DNA from: Prasinococcaceae sp. CCMP 1430
Lineage: Eukaryota; Plantae; Prasinodermophyta
NCBI GenBank assembly: GCA_013416795.1
Contig: RQSC01000014.1
Span: forward strand, 486,768-550,767
Reading direction: 5' to 3'
Length of the DNA stretch: 64,000 nucleotides
In this document: one piece after another, positions 20,768-31,739 of the stretch
Numbering within the stretch: position 1 is the stretch's first letter
Layout of the letters: each line of letters opens with the position of its first letter
Translations under genes and position numbers: made by a program
The notes under the pieces: model-generated
What the model was told of the DNA's origin: nothing
The model's input: only the letters and a program-made list of their open reading frames with translations
Database searches by the model: none

Positions 20768-21437
20768 GGCAACAGGCAGCACCACTACAGCCCCGCGAAA
20801 GCGGCAGGCACACAGTCCTGCTCAAGCCGTCGACACGCGGGCGCACGCCCCCCCCTCTCCCCCCCGCGCCGCGTGCCGCGCGCGCGCGGCATGTGGCGCC
20901 CCCTCCCCCGCCTCGAGCGTGCGACGAGCGCGCGCTCATTGTTGGAAAACGACGCTCGCCACGAAAATGAGTGCTTATTCCGCAAATGTGGTCTTATCAC
21001 ATATCAATATGAGTCTCGGAACGACATCCTCCAAATTTACTCGCCGCGTTTTTTTTTGGGGCAGCGCGGCCGCGGCTGTTGACGCAATGGCATCATTTTT
21101 ACATCAAATTGTGTACAGGGAGGGGGGGAGGGGGAGGCTCGCGAGTCCGCCTACAACGCGCGCCTCGCAACCCCCTGGGCTGCTCGGCAACGCTCCAGCG
21201 CGCCTCGACGCGGCGCGCCGGCCGCGAACGTAGCGCCGCGGCGCTCACATGCGCGCCCTAGGCCTCTGCACGGTCGCCTGGATCATGCCATGCGNCGCCA
21301 GGGCGCGCGCCGGCGCGCGCCGCCCGCCGGGGCCTGTGCGCCAGTCCTTTCACTCGAGCGCGCCTCGGAGCCGCGCAGCAGTGGCTGACACACGCGCGCC
21401 GCACCCGCCGCCGTGACCTTTTTCCCGCGCGCTGCAG

Positions 21438-21881
21438 GCGGACGCCGCTGCCGCCGAGGCCCCGCGCAAGCGCCAGTTCAAGAAGTTCACGTACCGTGGC
21501 ATCGACCTCGACAACCTGCTCGACATGCAGACCGACGAGCTCGTCGAGCTGATGTGCTCGCGCCAGCGCCGCCGCTTCCAGCGCGGCCTCAAGCGCAAGC
21601 CGTACGCGCTCATCAAGCGCCTGCGCAAGGCGAAGAAGGAGGCGACCCCCGGTGAGAAGCCCGAGGCGGTGCGCACGCACCTTCGCGGCATGATCGTGGT
21701 GCCCGAGATGATTGGCAGCGTGGTGGGCGTGTACAACGGCAAGTCGTTCAACCAGGTCGAGATCAAGGCCGAGATGATCGGCCACTACCTGGGCGAGTTC
21801 TCGATCACGTACAAGCCCACGCTGCACGGCCGCCCCGGTATCGGCGCGACCCACTCGTCCCGCTTCATCCCGCTGCGCTAA
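21438..21881 (+). CDS. RPS15: 40S ribosomal protein S15 (uS19); ATG exon probably lost at the N (21295)
   Basis: [17 protein letters not shown]...[67 protein letters not shown]; CAG acceptor at 21435-21437. Confidence 0.97.
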   Translation, partial: ADAAAAEAPRKRQFKKFTYRGIDLDNLLDMQTDELVELMCSRQRRRFQRGLKRKPYALIKRLRKAKKEATPGEKPEAVRTHLRGMIVVPEMIGSVVGVYNGKSFNQVEIKAEMIGHYLGEFSITYKPTLHGRPGIGATHSSRFIPLR

Positions 21882-21985
21882 TTTACTTCCCCGGGGCGAG
21901 ATGGCGAGCGCGCGTGGCGACGCGCGCGCGGGCCGTCGCGCCCAAACCCTGCCAGCTGCGCGCGGATCGGAGACACACACACATC

Positions 21986-21990
21986 TGTAA
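21986..21990 (+). terminator. TGTAA poly(A) signal of RPS15; exact copies also after TM9SF (26429), KDM5 (39401) and, on the minus strand, after CCDC103 (54690, 54702) and the sulfotransferase (60722)
   Basis: Exact UGUAA about 20-110 nt downstream of stop codons in AT-richer patches; UGUAA is the established chlorophyte near-upstream element. Confidence 0.6.
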
Positions 21991-22278
21991 GCGCACGGGA
22001 GGCAGACCTTACACGACGCTCGCAGCGGCGCGCGCGATGTCGGTGCGCCGCGCGCGCGCGCATGCGCTGTGGCGCCGGACGCGTAGCGAGTTGGCGGAGT
22101 TGCGGCGCGGTGGTGGTTGATGCCCGAAGTCTACAACAAGCAATATTACTCCTCCCGCTGGCGCGCGCTGATGGCCGCACCATCTCGACGCCACGGACGC
22201 GCGCCTGCGTTACGTGCACCGCGGGCAGCGCCGGCATCTCCCACCGCACGGCGGGGCATACTTGTATTGTCACTGTAC

Positions 22279-22280
<2 letters not shown>

Positions 22281-22320
<40 letters not shown>
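22281..22320. repeat. (GT)20 microsatellite
   Basis: Perfect dinucleotide run between the convergent RPS15 and UBC 3' ends. Confidence 0.98.
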
Positions 22321-22323
<3 letters not shown>

Positions 22324-22529
22324 TGCGTGCGTGTGTGTGGGGAGGGAGAGATCAAGCACGTACTTGCAACGCGGACGGACACCGGCCCACTGTCGGTGCC
22401 GACGTAAGGAGTTCGCTGGCCTTGTAGGCGCAGCGTGCCGGAGCGTGCGGGCGCTGGCTTTCTTCCGTGCGTCGACCCACGCGTGCCGAGCTCCCCGCCA
22501 TCGCGGCGGCACCATTGCCAGCCGGGCGC

Positions 22530-23104
22530 TCAGCACTCGATGCTCTTCTGCGCGCAGCGCCTGATGCGCTTGTGGTACGCCGATTTGTCGTGCGTGAAGA
22601 GCTGCGCCGCCTCGGGGTTCGCCGGCGAGTTTGGGTTGGGGTCGCACAGCAGCGACTGGATGGACGAGAGGATGGTGCAGATGTTGTGGCACGGGCTCCA
22701 CTGGTCCTGGATGATGTCCAAGCACAGCGTGCCATCTGAGTACACGTTCGGATGGAACACTGTACGCAAGGCGGGCGGGCGGGCGGGCGGGCGGCGGCGG
22801 TGCAAGCATGCACGCGGTGTTCAGGGTCGGCTGGCGTCAGCGGCCGGCGCACAGCGTGCCAAGCGCGGGACGCCTCCCCCTTCCCCCGGGCCACCCGTAC
22901 GAGCGGAGCGGTATCGCAGCCGCGCGCGCGGTGGCGTGGCGCCGTGCGCGCCGGGGCGGCGGGCGCGGCACGCACCCTCCGACGTGAAGCGCACGCGCGG
23001 CGGTTTTTCGGGGTAGTTCTCGCCGAACGTGACGCGCAGCGAGAACACGCCGCCCTCCCAGGGCGTCTCGTCGGGACCGAAGATGGTCGCCGACCAGACG
23101 AACA
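22530..23104 (-). CDS. Rad6-like ubiquitin-conjugating enzyme E2; exons 23104-22976 and 22759-22530; first exon lost at the N (23273)
   Basis: FVWSATIFGPDETPWEGGVF...YPEKPPRVRF..VFHPNVYSDGTLCLDIIQDQWSP...IQSLLCDPNPNSPANPEAA; HPN motif and catalytic Cys intact. Confidence 0.93.
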
Positions 23105-23273
23105 CTGCGCGCCGCGGCGGAGATCGGGCGCGTGGCGTGCGGGGGCGCGCGCGCGTTGGGCGCGGCCGGCGGGTCAGCTCTCTGAAGCGTCGGGCGGGTG
23201 CGGTGGGTGCGCGGCAGCGCGGCGATCTCGAGGCCCTCGACACGCGCGGCGGGGCACCCCGCGCCGCGTTGGN

Positions 23274-24438
23274 GTACGGCGACGGCAACGAGGGCGTCAT
23301 CAGCATCGACACGACGGCGCAGCGGCTGGGCGTCGAGCGTCGGCGCATCTACGACATCGTCAACGTGCTCGAGTCGCTGCGGATCGTACAGCGGCAGGCG
23401 AAGAATCGCTACGAGTGGAACGGGCTGGCCAAGATGCGCTCGCACCTCGCCGACCTCAGGCGGCAGGGCAAGGAGGAGTTCGGCGCCGCGCTCGCGAAGC
23501 ACGGGCTCGGGCTGAGCAGTCCGGCGGCCGACCAGGAGAACCGCGAAGTGGTGAGCGCGACTCCTGTGCCGCCGGAGCTGGAGAACGGCCAGGCGCAGGG
23601 AGGGGAGCGCCAGGCGCTGGGTGGGTCGGAGGACGTCGCTGCGGACTCGGACGCGGAGGGAGCGCCCGAAGGGGCGAGCGGGAGCCGCTCCGGCCGCCGG
23701 AAGAGCGCCGGTAGCGACGCCCGCCGCGAGAAGAGCCTGGGCCTGCTGAGCACTAAGTTCATCATGCTCTTCCTGGCGTGCGGGGATGACCCAGTCAGCC
23801 TGGACACCTCCGCCAGCGTCCTCCTCGGGGGCACGCCCAGCGCGAACGACCTGAAGACCAAGGTGCGCCGACTCTACGACATCGCCAACATCCTCGTGAG
23901 CCTGCGCCTGATTCAGAAGGTGACCAGCGACGACTGCCGCAAGCCTTCGTTCCAGTGGCTGCGCACGGAGGAGACCATCGAGCCGGCGAACGCGAAGGAC
24001 GACCTGTGCAAATTTCTCGGGGTGCGCTGCCCGGATGCGGAGGTTGCCATGAACACCCCCGCGCCACGCCGCGGCACGACCAAGGTCGGGTCCGCCAGGG
24101 CTGACGGTGGCGCGACGGGCAGCGCCGGACGCCGCCGTCCTCGCGCGGGGGCGTCCGATGCGCAGGGAGGCAAGCGCAAAGCGGTGGGCACGCCCGCCGC
24201 CGGCGGCCCGAAGCGCCAGCGCAAGCGCGCAACGCTGTCGACGCTCGCGGGCCCCAACGGCGCCGCGCAGGTGGCTGCTGAGACGAGCAAGCCGACGAAG
24301 AAGGCGAAGCAGGAAGCCTCGGCAACAGACGCGTTTGCGGCGGCTGCGGCTGCGCCGGCGAGTGCGGCGTTCCACCTGCCCGGCATGGTGCCAGGTTCGA
24401 TGCCCATGCTGCCAGGAATGCCCGGCACGCGCGCGCGC
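23274..24438 (+). CDS. DEL: Atypical E2F (DEL / E2F7-8 type) with two winged-helix DNA-binding domains; 5' end lost at the N, 3' end unresolved
   Basis: LGVERRRIYDIVNVLESL..YEWNG and RREKSLGLLSTKFIMLFL...KVRRLYDIANILVSLRLI...FQW: a duplicated RRxYD motif. Confidence 0.9.
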
Positions 24439-24673
24439 GTGCGCGCGCGCGTGTGCAGGGAGCATCCCGCGGGGCGAGCGGCAAAGCAAGCCCCCCGAGC
24501 GGCGCCGAGCGCCGAGGACGCGCGAACGGGACGCCGGAGGGGTGTGGGTGGGTGGGGGGGGGGGAGTTCAGGAGGGGGGGCGCTCCCCGCGAGATGCTGG
24601 GATCCGCGGCGACGGGCGTGGAGCTGACCCCCAATGCGTGCGTGCGCTGCCGCCGCCGCCGCGCCCGGAGCAG

Positions 24674-26347
24674 GTCGGAGACAGCGTCCCGCTGTGGGCG
24701 TCGCGCGTGGGGCCCTTCAACAACCCCAGCGAGACCTATGAGTACTACCGCATGCCCTTCTGCCGCCCGCCCAAGGTGGAGACGCGCCTGCTGACCCTCG
24801 GCGAGGTGCTCGAGTCGCACCGCCTCGTCAACACGCTCTTCGACCTCTCGTTCCGCACGGACCGCGACTTCGACACGCTGTGCAAGAAGGAGCTCACGGA
24901 CGCCGAGGTGAAGAAGTTCAAGGACGCGATCGACTCGGACTACTACTTCCAAATGTTCTACGACGATCTGCCCCTGTGGGGCTTCATCGGCAAGGCGGAG
25001 GAGGGCGTCGCGGGCACGGCGCACAAGCTGTTCACGCACTTCCACTTCGACATCGCGTACAACGGGGACCGCGTGATCGAGATTAACGTGAGCACCGACC
25101 CCGCGCGCACCGTGGACATCACCGCGGGCGCCGCACCCGAGGTGGAGTTCAGCTACAGCGTCAAGTGGAAGGAAAGCAGCATCGCGTACGGCGACCGCAT
25201 GCAGAAGTACACGCGCTACTCCTTCCTGCCGCAGCACCTGGAGATCCACTGGTTCTCCATCATCAACAGCTGCGTGACGGTGCTGCTGCTCACGGGGTTC
25301 CTGGCGACCGTGCTCATGCGCATCCTGAAGAACGACTTCCTCAAGTACAGCCGCGAGCTGGAGGACGGCGCCGAGGAGATGGAGGAGACCGGCTGGAAGT
25401 ACGTGCACGGCGACGTGTTCCGCTTCCCCAAGGGGCTGTCCCTGTTCGCGTCCATCTACGGCACGGGCACGCAGCTCTTCCTGGTGACGCTCGTCGTCTT
25501 CGCGCTGTGCCTGGCGGGCACCTTCTACCCGTACAACCGCGGCCAGCTCTTCACGGCCGTCATCGTGGCGTACGCGCTCACCGGCTCCGTCGCGGGCTAC
25601 TGCTCGGCGAGCCTGTACAAGCAGATGGGCGGCAACGCCTGGGTGCGCAACCTGCTGGTGACCGCGAGCATATTCTCGCTGCCGCTGCTGCTGTGCTTCT
25701 CGTGCCTCAACACGGTGGCCATCACGTACGGATCGAGCGCCGCGCTGCCCTTTGGCACCATCGTCATCCTCATGGTCATCTGGGTGCTCGTGGCGTTCCC
25801 GCTGACGGTGCTCGGCGGCATCGCCGGCAAGAACCGCGCGGCTGACTTCCAGGCGCCGTGCCGCACCACCAAATACCCGCGCGAGATCCCGCCGCTGCCG
25901 TGGTACCGCGCCACCCTGCCGCAGATGCTGTGCGCGGGCTTCCTGCCCTTCTCCGCGGTGTACATCGAGCTGTACTACGTGTTCGCCACCGTGTGGGGCC
26001 ATAAGCTGTACACCATCTACAGCGTGCTCTTCATCGTCTTCGTGCTGCTGCTCATCACCACGGCCTTCATCACCATCGCGCTGACCTACTTCCAGCTGGC
26101 GGTGGAGGATCACCGCTGGTGGTGGCGCTCGGTGCTGTGCGGCGGCTCCACGGGGCTGTGCATCTTCGTGTACTGCTTTTACTACTACTACGCGCGCTCG
26201 GATATGAGCGGCCTCATGCAGACCTCATTCTTCTTCGGATACATGGGCGTCGTGTGCTACGCCTTCTTCCTCATGCTCGGCTCCATCGGCTTCCGCGCCA
26301 GCCTCTACTTCGTGAGGTATATCTACTCGCGCGTGAAGAGCGACTGA
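24674..26347 (+). CDS. Transmembrane 9 superfamily (EMP70/nonaspanin) protein; signal-peptide exon not found
   Basis: VGPFNNPSETYEYY.MPFC, YFQMFYDDLPLWGF, LEIHWFSIINS, ETGWKYVHGDVFR, nine hydrophobic helices, C-terminal YIYSRVKSD (KxD/E-type tail). Confidence 0.95.
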   Translation, partial: VGDSVPLWASRVGPFNNPSETYEYYRMPFCRPPKVETRLLTLGEVLESHRLVNTLFDLSFRTDRDFDTLCKKELTDAEVKKFKDAIDSDYYFQMFYDDLPLWGFIGKAEEGVAGTAHKLFTHFHFDIAYNGDRVIEINVSTDPARTVDITAGAAPEVEFSYSVKWKESSIAYGDRMQKYTRYSFLPQHLEIHWFSIINSCVTVLLLTGFLATVLMRILKNDFLKYSRELEDGAEEMEETGWKYVHGDVFRFPKGLSLFASIYGTGTQLFLVTLVVFALCLAGTFYPYNRGQLFTAVIVAYALTGSVAGYCSASLYKQMGGNAWVRNLLVTASIFSLPLLLCFSCLNTVAITYGSSAALPFGTIVILMVIWVLVAFPLTVLGGIAGKNRAADFQAPCRTTKYPREIPPLPWYRATLPQMLCAGFLPFSAVYIELYYVFATVWGHKLYTIYSVLFIVFVLLLITTAFITIALTYFQLAVEDHRWWWRSVLCGGSTGLCIFVYCFYYYYARSDMSGLMQTSFFFGYMGVVCYAFFLMLGSIGFRASLYFVRYIYSRVKSD

Positions 26348-26690
26348 GCCCGTCCCGCCGCCGCGGCCGCGAGCCCGCGTCGGGGGCGCGCGCAGCCGCG
26401 CGTGCGCGTGCCGTGCGTGGCACGCGCGTGTAAATTTAGCGTTCGGTACGCAAGCAGCCGCCGGCGGGCAAGCAGCTGCGCCCGGCCGCGCGCCTGCTGG
26501 TGCCTCTGCCGGACGAGGCTAGCGCGCGAGAGAGAGAGAAAGAGAGAGAGAGCTCCACTAAACGCCCAATGCCATTCACATCCCTCCCCCTCCTCCTCCC
26601 CTGGAGGCAGTCTTAGAAAAAAAAGGATGAGTTACGTTGCGTTGGCGCGAAGAAAGTAGTGGCAGTAGGTACTCCTCCGGCGTGCCCTGT

Positions 26691-27756
26691 CTAGGCCATC
26701 GACGGGGGTGGGAGCGAGCCGCCCGGCCCGCCCGGCCCGCCCGGCCCACCCGGCGCGCGCGGCGTGGGCGTCAGCAGCTCCGCGGCCTCGAGCTCTACGT
26801 AAGCCTCCGAGTCGCGCAGGAAGGAGCCGAACGCAACCGCCTCGAGGATGACGCGGCGCTGGTCGGAGAAGGTGAAGGTCATGGCCTGCACCTCCTCGTT
26901 GGCGATGGCCTCCTGCATGCGCTCCATCATGGCCTCGGGCGAGTCAAAATCGCCTCCCTCCATGACCTCCTGCATCTCGGTCTGCAGTTCCTGGACGCTC
27001 CCGAAGAGGGAGGCCGTGTACTCCTGCAGCAGGTTGACGCCTTCGATGCTCACCATCTGCGCGGTCTCCACGAGCGTCTGGCGGTCGAAGCCCTCGACGT
27101 ACTCGGCGAGCGAGGGCGCGCCGTCGGCCGACTCCGCCTGGCTCTGCGCGTCGGCGCCGCCCTCCGCGGCCGCGGCGCCGCCATCCTCCTTCGTGGCGCC
27201 GACGTCGGGATCGTCCGTGCTGTCTGCGGACTTCCGGAAGAGCTCCTCAAGCATGGCCACGGTAGCGTCGGTGCTCTTCTTGAAGGTGCCGAATTGCTTC
27301 TCCATCTGGAAGCGCTTGTCCACGCGCCGCAGGAAGTAGCCGAACATGACGCTCGCCGCGTAGACCTGCGCGGCCTGCAGCTTGGAGATGCGCACGGCGG
27401 TGGTCTGCATCCCATACTCCGACTGCGGCATGTTGGGGCCCAGGATGCCCATCAGGTGCGTGCGCACCATGTCGAGCGCCTCGGTCGAGTGCACGCCCTG
27501 GGTGAGCGCCGAGAGCGAGCCGCCCTCCAGGCCCGGCGCGAGCTCGAGCTGCGCGCGCGTGAGCAGCGGCGAGCCCAGCGTGTCGAACTTGTACAGCACG
27601 CTCTGGTAGAGCACGTCCGACACCGCGCGCGACCGCTCCGCGCGCTTGACGTCCGCCATGCGCCGGTAGAGCGACAGGCTCTCTCCGGCGGCCGCGCCGG
27701 CGGCCTCGCCGGCGTCGCCCGCGCCCGCGGCGGCCTGGCCGTCCTCGTCGGCGGCA
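26691..27756 (-). CDS. DUF760 / UV-B-induced At3g17800-like plastid protein; N-terminus lost at the N (27757)
   Basis: SDVLYQSVLYKF, VHSTEALDMVRTHL, ISKLQAAQVYAASVMFGYFLRRVDKRFQMEK, LAEYVEGFD, RRVILEAVAFGSFLRDSE. Confidence 0.88.
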
Positions 27757-27987
27757 NACACAGCCACGCCGCACCGCGCGCCGCGCGTCGGCGCGCGCCC
27801 GCGGGGCTTCCTCTTCTAGAAGGCGCGCGCGCGTGGCGGCCCGGCCGGCGGCGAACCGCGAAATCCGCGGGCCGCGAAACCCGTCCGCATCGAGCGACAG
27901 CCCGACGGGCCGGCGAAACCGCGGATGGAGGGCGCGAACCGCGGCGACGCGCGAATCTCTCGCAGAGCGACAAGAGAGATTTGGATT

Positions 27988-28022
27988 TGCTCGTTTTTAT
28001 TTTTATTTTTTATTTTTTATTT
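27988..28022. promoter_or_regulatory. Poly(dA:dT)-like tract in GC-rich intergenic DNA
   Basis: tttttatttttattttttattttttattt; a similar T-tract lies at 13686-13710; regulatory role is inferred only. Confidence 0.4.
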
Positions 28023-28404
28023 CGTGCGCGACGGAGACTGACAGCGACAGCGTGCGAGCGAGCGCCGAGCGCGGCGCCGACAGGCGCTCCGCGGCGGGCG
28101 AGGCGCCGGCGGCGGCCGCAGTCTTTGGCAACGCGCGGGTGGCGGCCGTGGCCGCAATCGGTGGATGAGGCCTGCCCCAACGAGCGCTCAGGGTCCGCCG
28201 GAGCGCGCGACCGCGGGCGCGGGCGCGAGCGCGAAGAGAGAAATGCTATGCACCGCGCGTCACAGAGCCGAGCTCTGGGGGCTCGCTCTTTTACGCGGCG
28301 GCGCGCAGGCGCGCGCGCACGGTGGCCTGCTGCTGCACCCCACGCCGTCGGCTGTCGCAGGAGGGCCCGCCCCAGCGCGTCGCTGCGCCGGACCAGCCAC
28401 GCGC

Positions 28405-29732
28405 TCATCGCCGCTTTCGCAGGTCGTCTGTGGACGTGCCGCGCGCGTCCGAGTGGTTGACGTGCTCCCAGCCGTCGTCGCGGGAGGGCTCAGGCCCCCC
28501 GGCGAAGCCGTCGGCAGTGCGTGCGCCGCCGCCCGCTCCTGCGCTGCCGCCAGCGCCTGCATTCCCGCGACCACGACGCGCGCCGCTGCCGCCGCCACCC
28601 GCCGTGCCGCCGCCGAAGTTGCGGCTCGCACGAGGGGGCGCGCGCTTCACGAGCAGGCCGGCGCCGTTCGATCGCGTGGGGCGCCCTCCGAGTCAGCGCG
28701 AGAGAGCGAGGGAGGAAAGGCGAGGGGAGCGACTCGAGCCGGAGAAGCGACACGGGAGCACGCGCGCACTCGCACCTGTCTGGGAGGAAGCCCCGCGAGC
28801 TCGGGCGCGAGGCGTACGATGCCATTTCCGACGACGATACCGCACACATGGTTTAAAAGTGAACTCTGTGGATGCAGGAAATGGACCAAGCCCAGCTCGA
28901 GCCACGCGGCCCACTTGCTCTCCACGCTGAAGAAGAAGAAGCCCTCGCGGCGCGTGCCGGCGACCTTGCCTGCCACGACCTTGAGCGCGAAAATGACGCC
29001 CGTGTAGCCCATGCAGCACTCGTCCCAGTAGATGCCTTCGAAGAGCCCGAGCGTTGCCAGCGTGCCCGCAGCGGCCACGTAGAGCGTCTGCGTGGCCACG
29101 CAGCACAGGAAGAGCAACGCGCCGAATCGCTTCGTCCCGAGCGCGAGCTCCAGGTTGAAGCCCTTCTGGCACAGAGACACGGTTTCATAGTACAGGTGAT
29201 AGACGCCGCGCGTGGCCAGCAGCGGCAGCAGCAGCCTCGCGGGCCACGGCGAGCCGCCGCCGCCGCCGCCGCCTTCGACGCCGTAGCCGTACCCAAAAAA
29301 GTCCGCCGGGTTGAGGCACATCGAGGACACCCAGCCAAGGCCAAAGCCGTCGCTCGCGCGCCGCCCGAGGAGCAGCTCGCCGAGGAGGTCAGTGAGGCCG
29401 TCGCCGCCAACGTGCAGCAGCACGGGCGGCACGAGCAGACACAGGCTCGCGACGGGCTTGAAAGGCAGGCGGTTGAGCGCCTCGAACACGCGCATCAGCA
29501 GCATGAGCTGCAGGGGCAGGGCGGCGAGGAAAACACAGTGGCCAGCGAGCGCTCGTCAGCTGCGCGACCGCGCGAGGGCGCGCACTGTGCGCTCCCTCGC
29601 TCGCTCCCTCGCTCGCCGGCTCGCTCGCTCGCTCGCTCGCTCGCAACGCACGAGCATGAAGTTGTCGTTCCCGCGGCCGTACATGCCGCGGCCGCGGCCG
29701 TACCCGTAGCGCTGCCGCCCGCCGAACATCAT
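28405..29732 (-). CDS. Rhomboid-like protein (RBL14/RHBDD1 type); exons 29732-29652, 29507-28776, 28644-28405
   Basis: HLYYE.VSL..KGFNLE, CCMGYTGVIFALKV, WAAWLEL, SLLNHVCGI, C-terminal RNFGGGT and STDDLRKRR; both introns are phase 0 with GTGCG donors. Confidence 0.85.
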
Positions 29733-30005
29733 GGCGGCAGGCCACTGGGGCGTGCGGGTGGCGTCCCCCCCCCCCCCCCGGTCTTGGGCGCTGGCGCCGC
29801 GCGCGCGCGCGTGTGCCGCGCCCGAGCGGAGGTGGCGTCGGCACGCGCGAGTCGGCGCGCGCGCTCTTTTTTGCGCCCCTCCAGGGGGGAATGCGGCCCT
29901 CATCACACAGCATTGCGCGCGCTCTGCGATTGCCGATTGCATATTACGCCGTGTCGCATACTGTACATGCCGCGCACGCCGGGCGCGCGCCGCGCAGAGG
30001 CCTTG

Positions 30006-30683
30006 TCACGCGCCCTCGAAGAGCCGCGGGAGCTTGTCGAAGAAGGCGTCCACCCACCCGAGCGCGCCGCTGCCGTCGGCGACGCCGCAGCTCGCTGCGC
30101 GGTCCCCCCCGCGCGGGGCGTCCGCGAGCACCCACGCGCCGCCGCCGCCGCGCTCGCTCGGGAGGCGCGTGCGGCACAGCGGGCAGTCGCCGCCGCCGCT
30201 TGTGTTGCGCCAGCGATGGTAGCACGAGGCGCAGAAAGCGTGGCCGCACGGCGCAACGAGCTCCAGGCTGCCGTCCATGCAGATGCAGCACACGTCCTCT
30301 TCCTCTTCCTCTTCCTCCTCCTCGGATGCCGCGCCGCTGTCGTCCCCGTCGCCTGCGTGGCCATCGTCGCCGCGTGTTTCTGCGCCCTCGGCGCGCCGCC
30401 GCGCGCCGCCGCGCGCGTGCGCGAGGGCGCCGAGCTCCGCCTCGGTCTGCGCGAGCACGGGCAGAACGAACTCGTACAGCTGGCGCAGCGATGCGCGCCG
30501 CGGCCGCACGCATTCGGCGGCGGAGACCAGCACGAAACCGTCGGCGCCCGCGTNTCGCACGCGGCGCGCCTCGCGGTGCGCCGCCGCGCGCACCTCCGGC
30601 ACCGCCCACTGCGCGTACCGGTAGGCGCGCGGCAGCCCGTACGCCAGCCCGTACACGACCAGGTACACCGCCAGCTCGGCCAT
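30006..30683 (-). CDS. C3HC4 RING-finger E3 ligase (RNF141/AIRP2-like); single N at 30554
   Basis: CCICMD...PCGHAFCASC...W...DCPLCR after an acidic run; RRASLRQLYEFVLPVL resembles the AIRP2 helix. Confidence 0.8.
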   Translation of the reverse strand: MAELAVYLVVYGLAYGLPRAYRYAQWAVPEVRAAAHREARRVRXAGADGFVLVSAAECVRPRRASLRQLYEFVLPVLAQTEAELGALAHARGGARRRAEGAETRGDDGHAGDGDDSGAASEEEEEEEEEDVCCICMDGSLELVAPCGHAFCASCYHRWRNTSGGGDCPLCRTRLPSERGGGGAWVLADAPRGGDRAASCGVADGSGALGWVDAFFDKLPRLFEGA

Positions 30684-31739
30684 CTGCTCGCCCCCTCGGG
30701 CGCGCGCGCCAACGCCGGGGCTCACACTCCTCCTCCCCTCCTGGCGGGGCGGGGATGCCCCCCCCGCTGCTGGCAGGCGGGCCCTCCCGCGCGCACTGTG
30801 GCGCGCCGCCGGCGCTGCCGCTCGCTCGCGCCCGCCCACTTCTCGGCAAAAAAGAAAAAGCGCCTCACTCGATGCGATGATACCAGGCACAGCACGTCTC
30901 TCGAGCTCTCGAGCGCACGTGCGCGTGCAACACTGATATTGGTATCACGATGACCATCGTCACATCTCGTGCGTGCGCACCACTCAGTCAGACATCAGAG
31001 GAGTCTGCCAGCCAGCCAGCGATGTGCGCTGTCCGTCACCAGGCTGTTGCCGTTGGTGTTTGGTGTGTTGGTGTTGGTAGGTGGGTGTTGCTCTTGGTGT
31101 TGGTGTTGCCGTTGGCGTTGGTGTTGCGCGCGGGGCGGGATCGGATCCAGCCATGCGAGAGGCCGTGCGGCTGTCCCTGTGCCTGCCCGCCGTCATCCAG
31201 TCAGTCAGCCGCCATCCATCCGGCCAGCGGCGGGGGGCGTTGCCCCAACCTTCTGTCTGTCCCTCCATCAACAGCACATCAGACTCCTGCACAGCCATGA
31301 GTCGGAGTATTCAACACCGCCCAACCAACCAACCAACGCACCAACGTCCCATCGATCGATCGAAGGCGGCTTTTCACCCACCCGCCGTTCGACGGCCGTC
31401 GCGGCGTGCGCAGCGTCGAAGACCCACAGACCGACAGAACCAACCGGCGAACCGGTGCACGCATGCACGCACGTGCACCAGCACCTGCCTGCCTGCGTGC
31501 CTGACGTGTTCTCGGGTGTACGACCCGGTCTGCGTAGTGTTGTGTTTCGGTGTCGCCCCGGCTCTGACTCAGCACCTCGCGATCCCCGAGGATCTGATCC
31601 AATGGTCGCCGACGGGGCGCGCGCCGGCCGGCCCGGCGGGGCGCCGCGCGGCGAAATCGGGAAGCGCGATTTCGGGGGCTGCAGCTCCTTCCGCGGCGGC
31701 GACGCGGTGCTCCGCGGCCGGGCGGCGCGGCGCCGCGCG

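Noticed and set aside
23029-23348. Overlapping UBC and DEL ORFs or N-terminal extensions
   Set aside because: Read-through across N23273 into intron sequence; not a real overlap
23795-26113. Long antisense ORFs (772 aa here; also 40795-42375, 26637-28460, 28872-30953, 8231-10408, 44391-45746)
   Set aside because: Shadow ORFs caused by extreme GC3 bias on the opposite strand; no family motifs
15723-30683. DNA damage tolerance cluster (POLI, Rad6-like E2, RING)
   Set aside because: Genes are interspersed with unrelated ones, separated by gaps, and the RING is not Rad18-like; proximity is likely chance
30969-31739. 257-residue N-terminal extension of KDM5 as true CDS
   Set aside because: It starts at GTG, translates simple repeats and lacks coding-like composition; kept only as a low-interest leader observation
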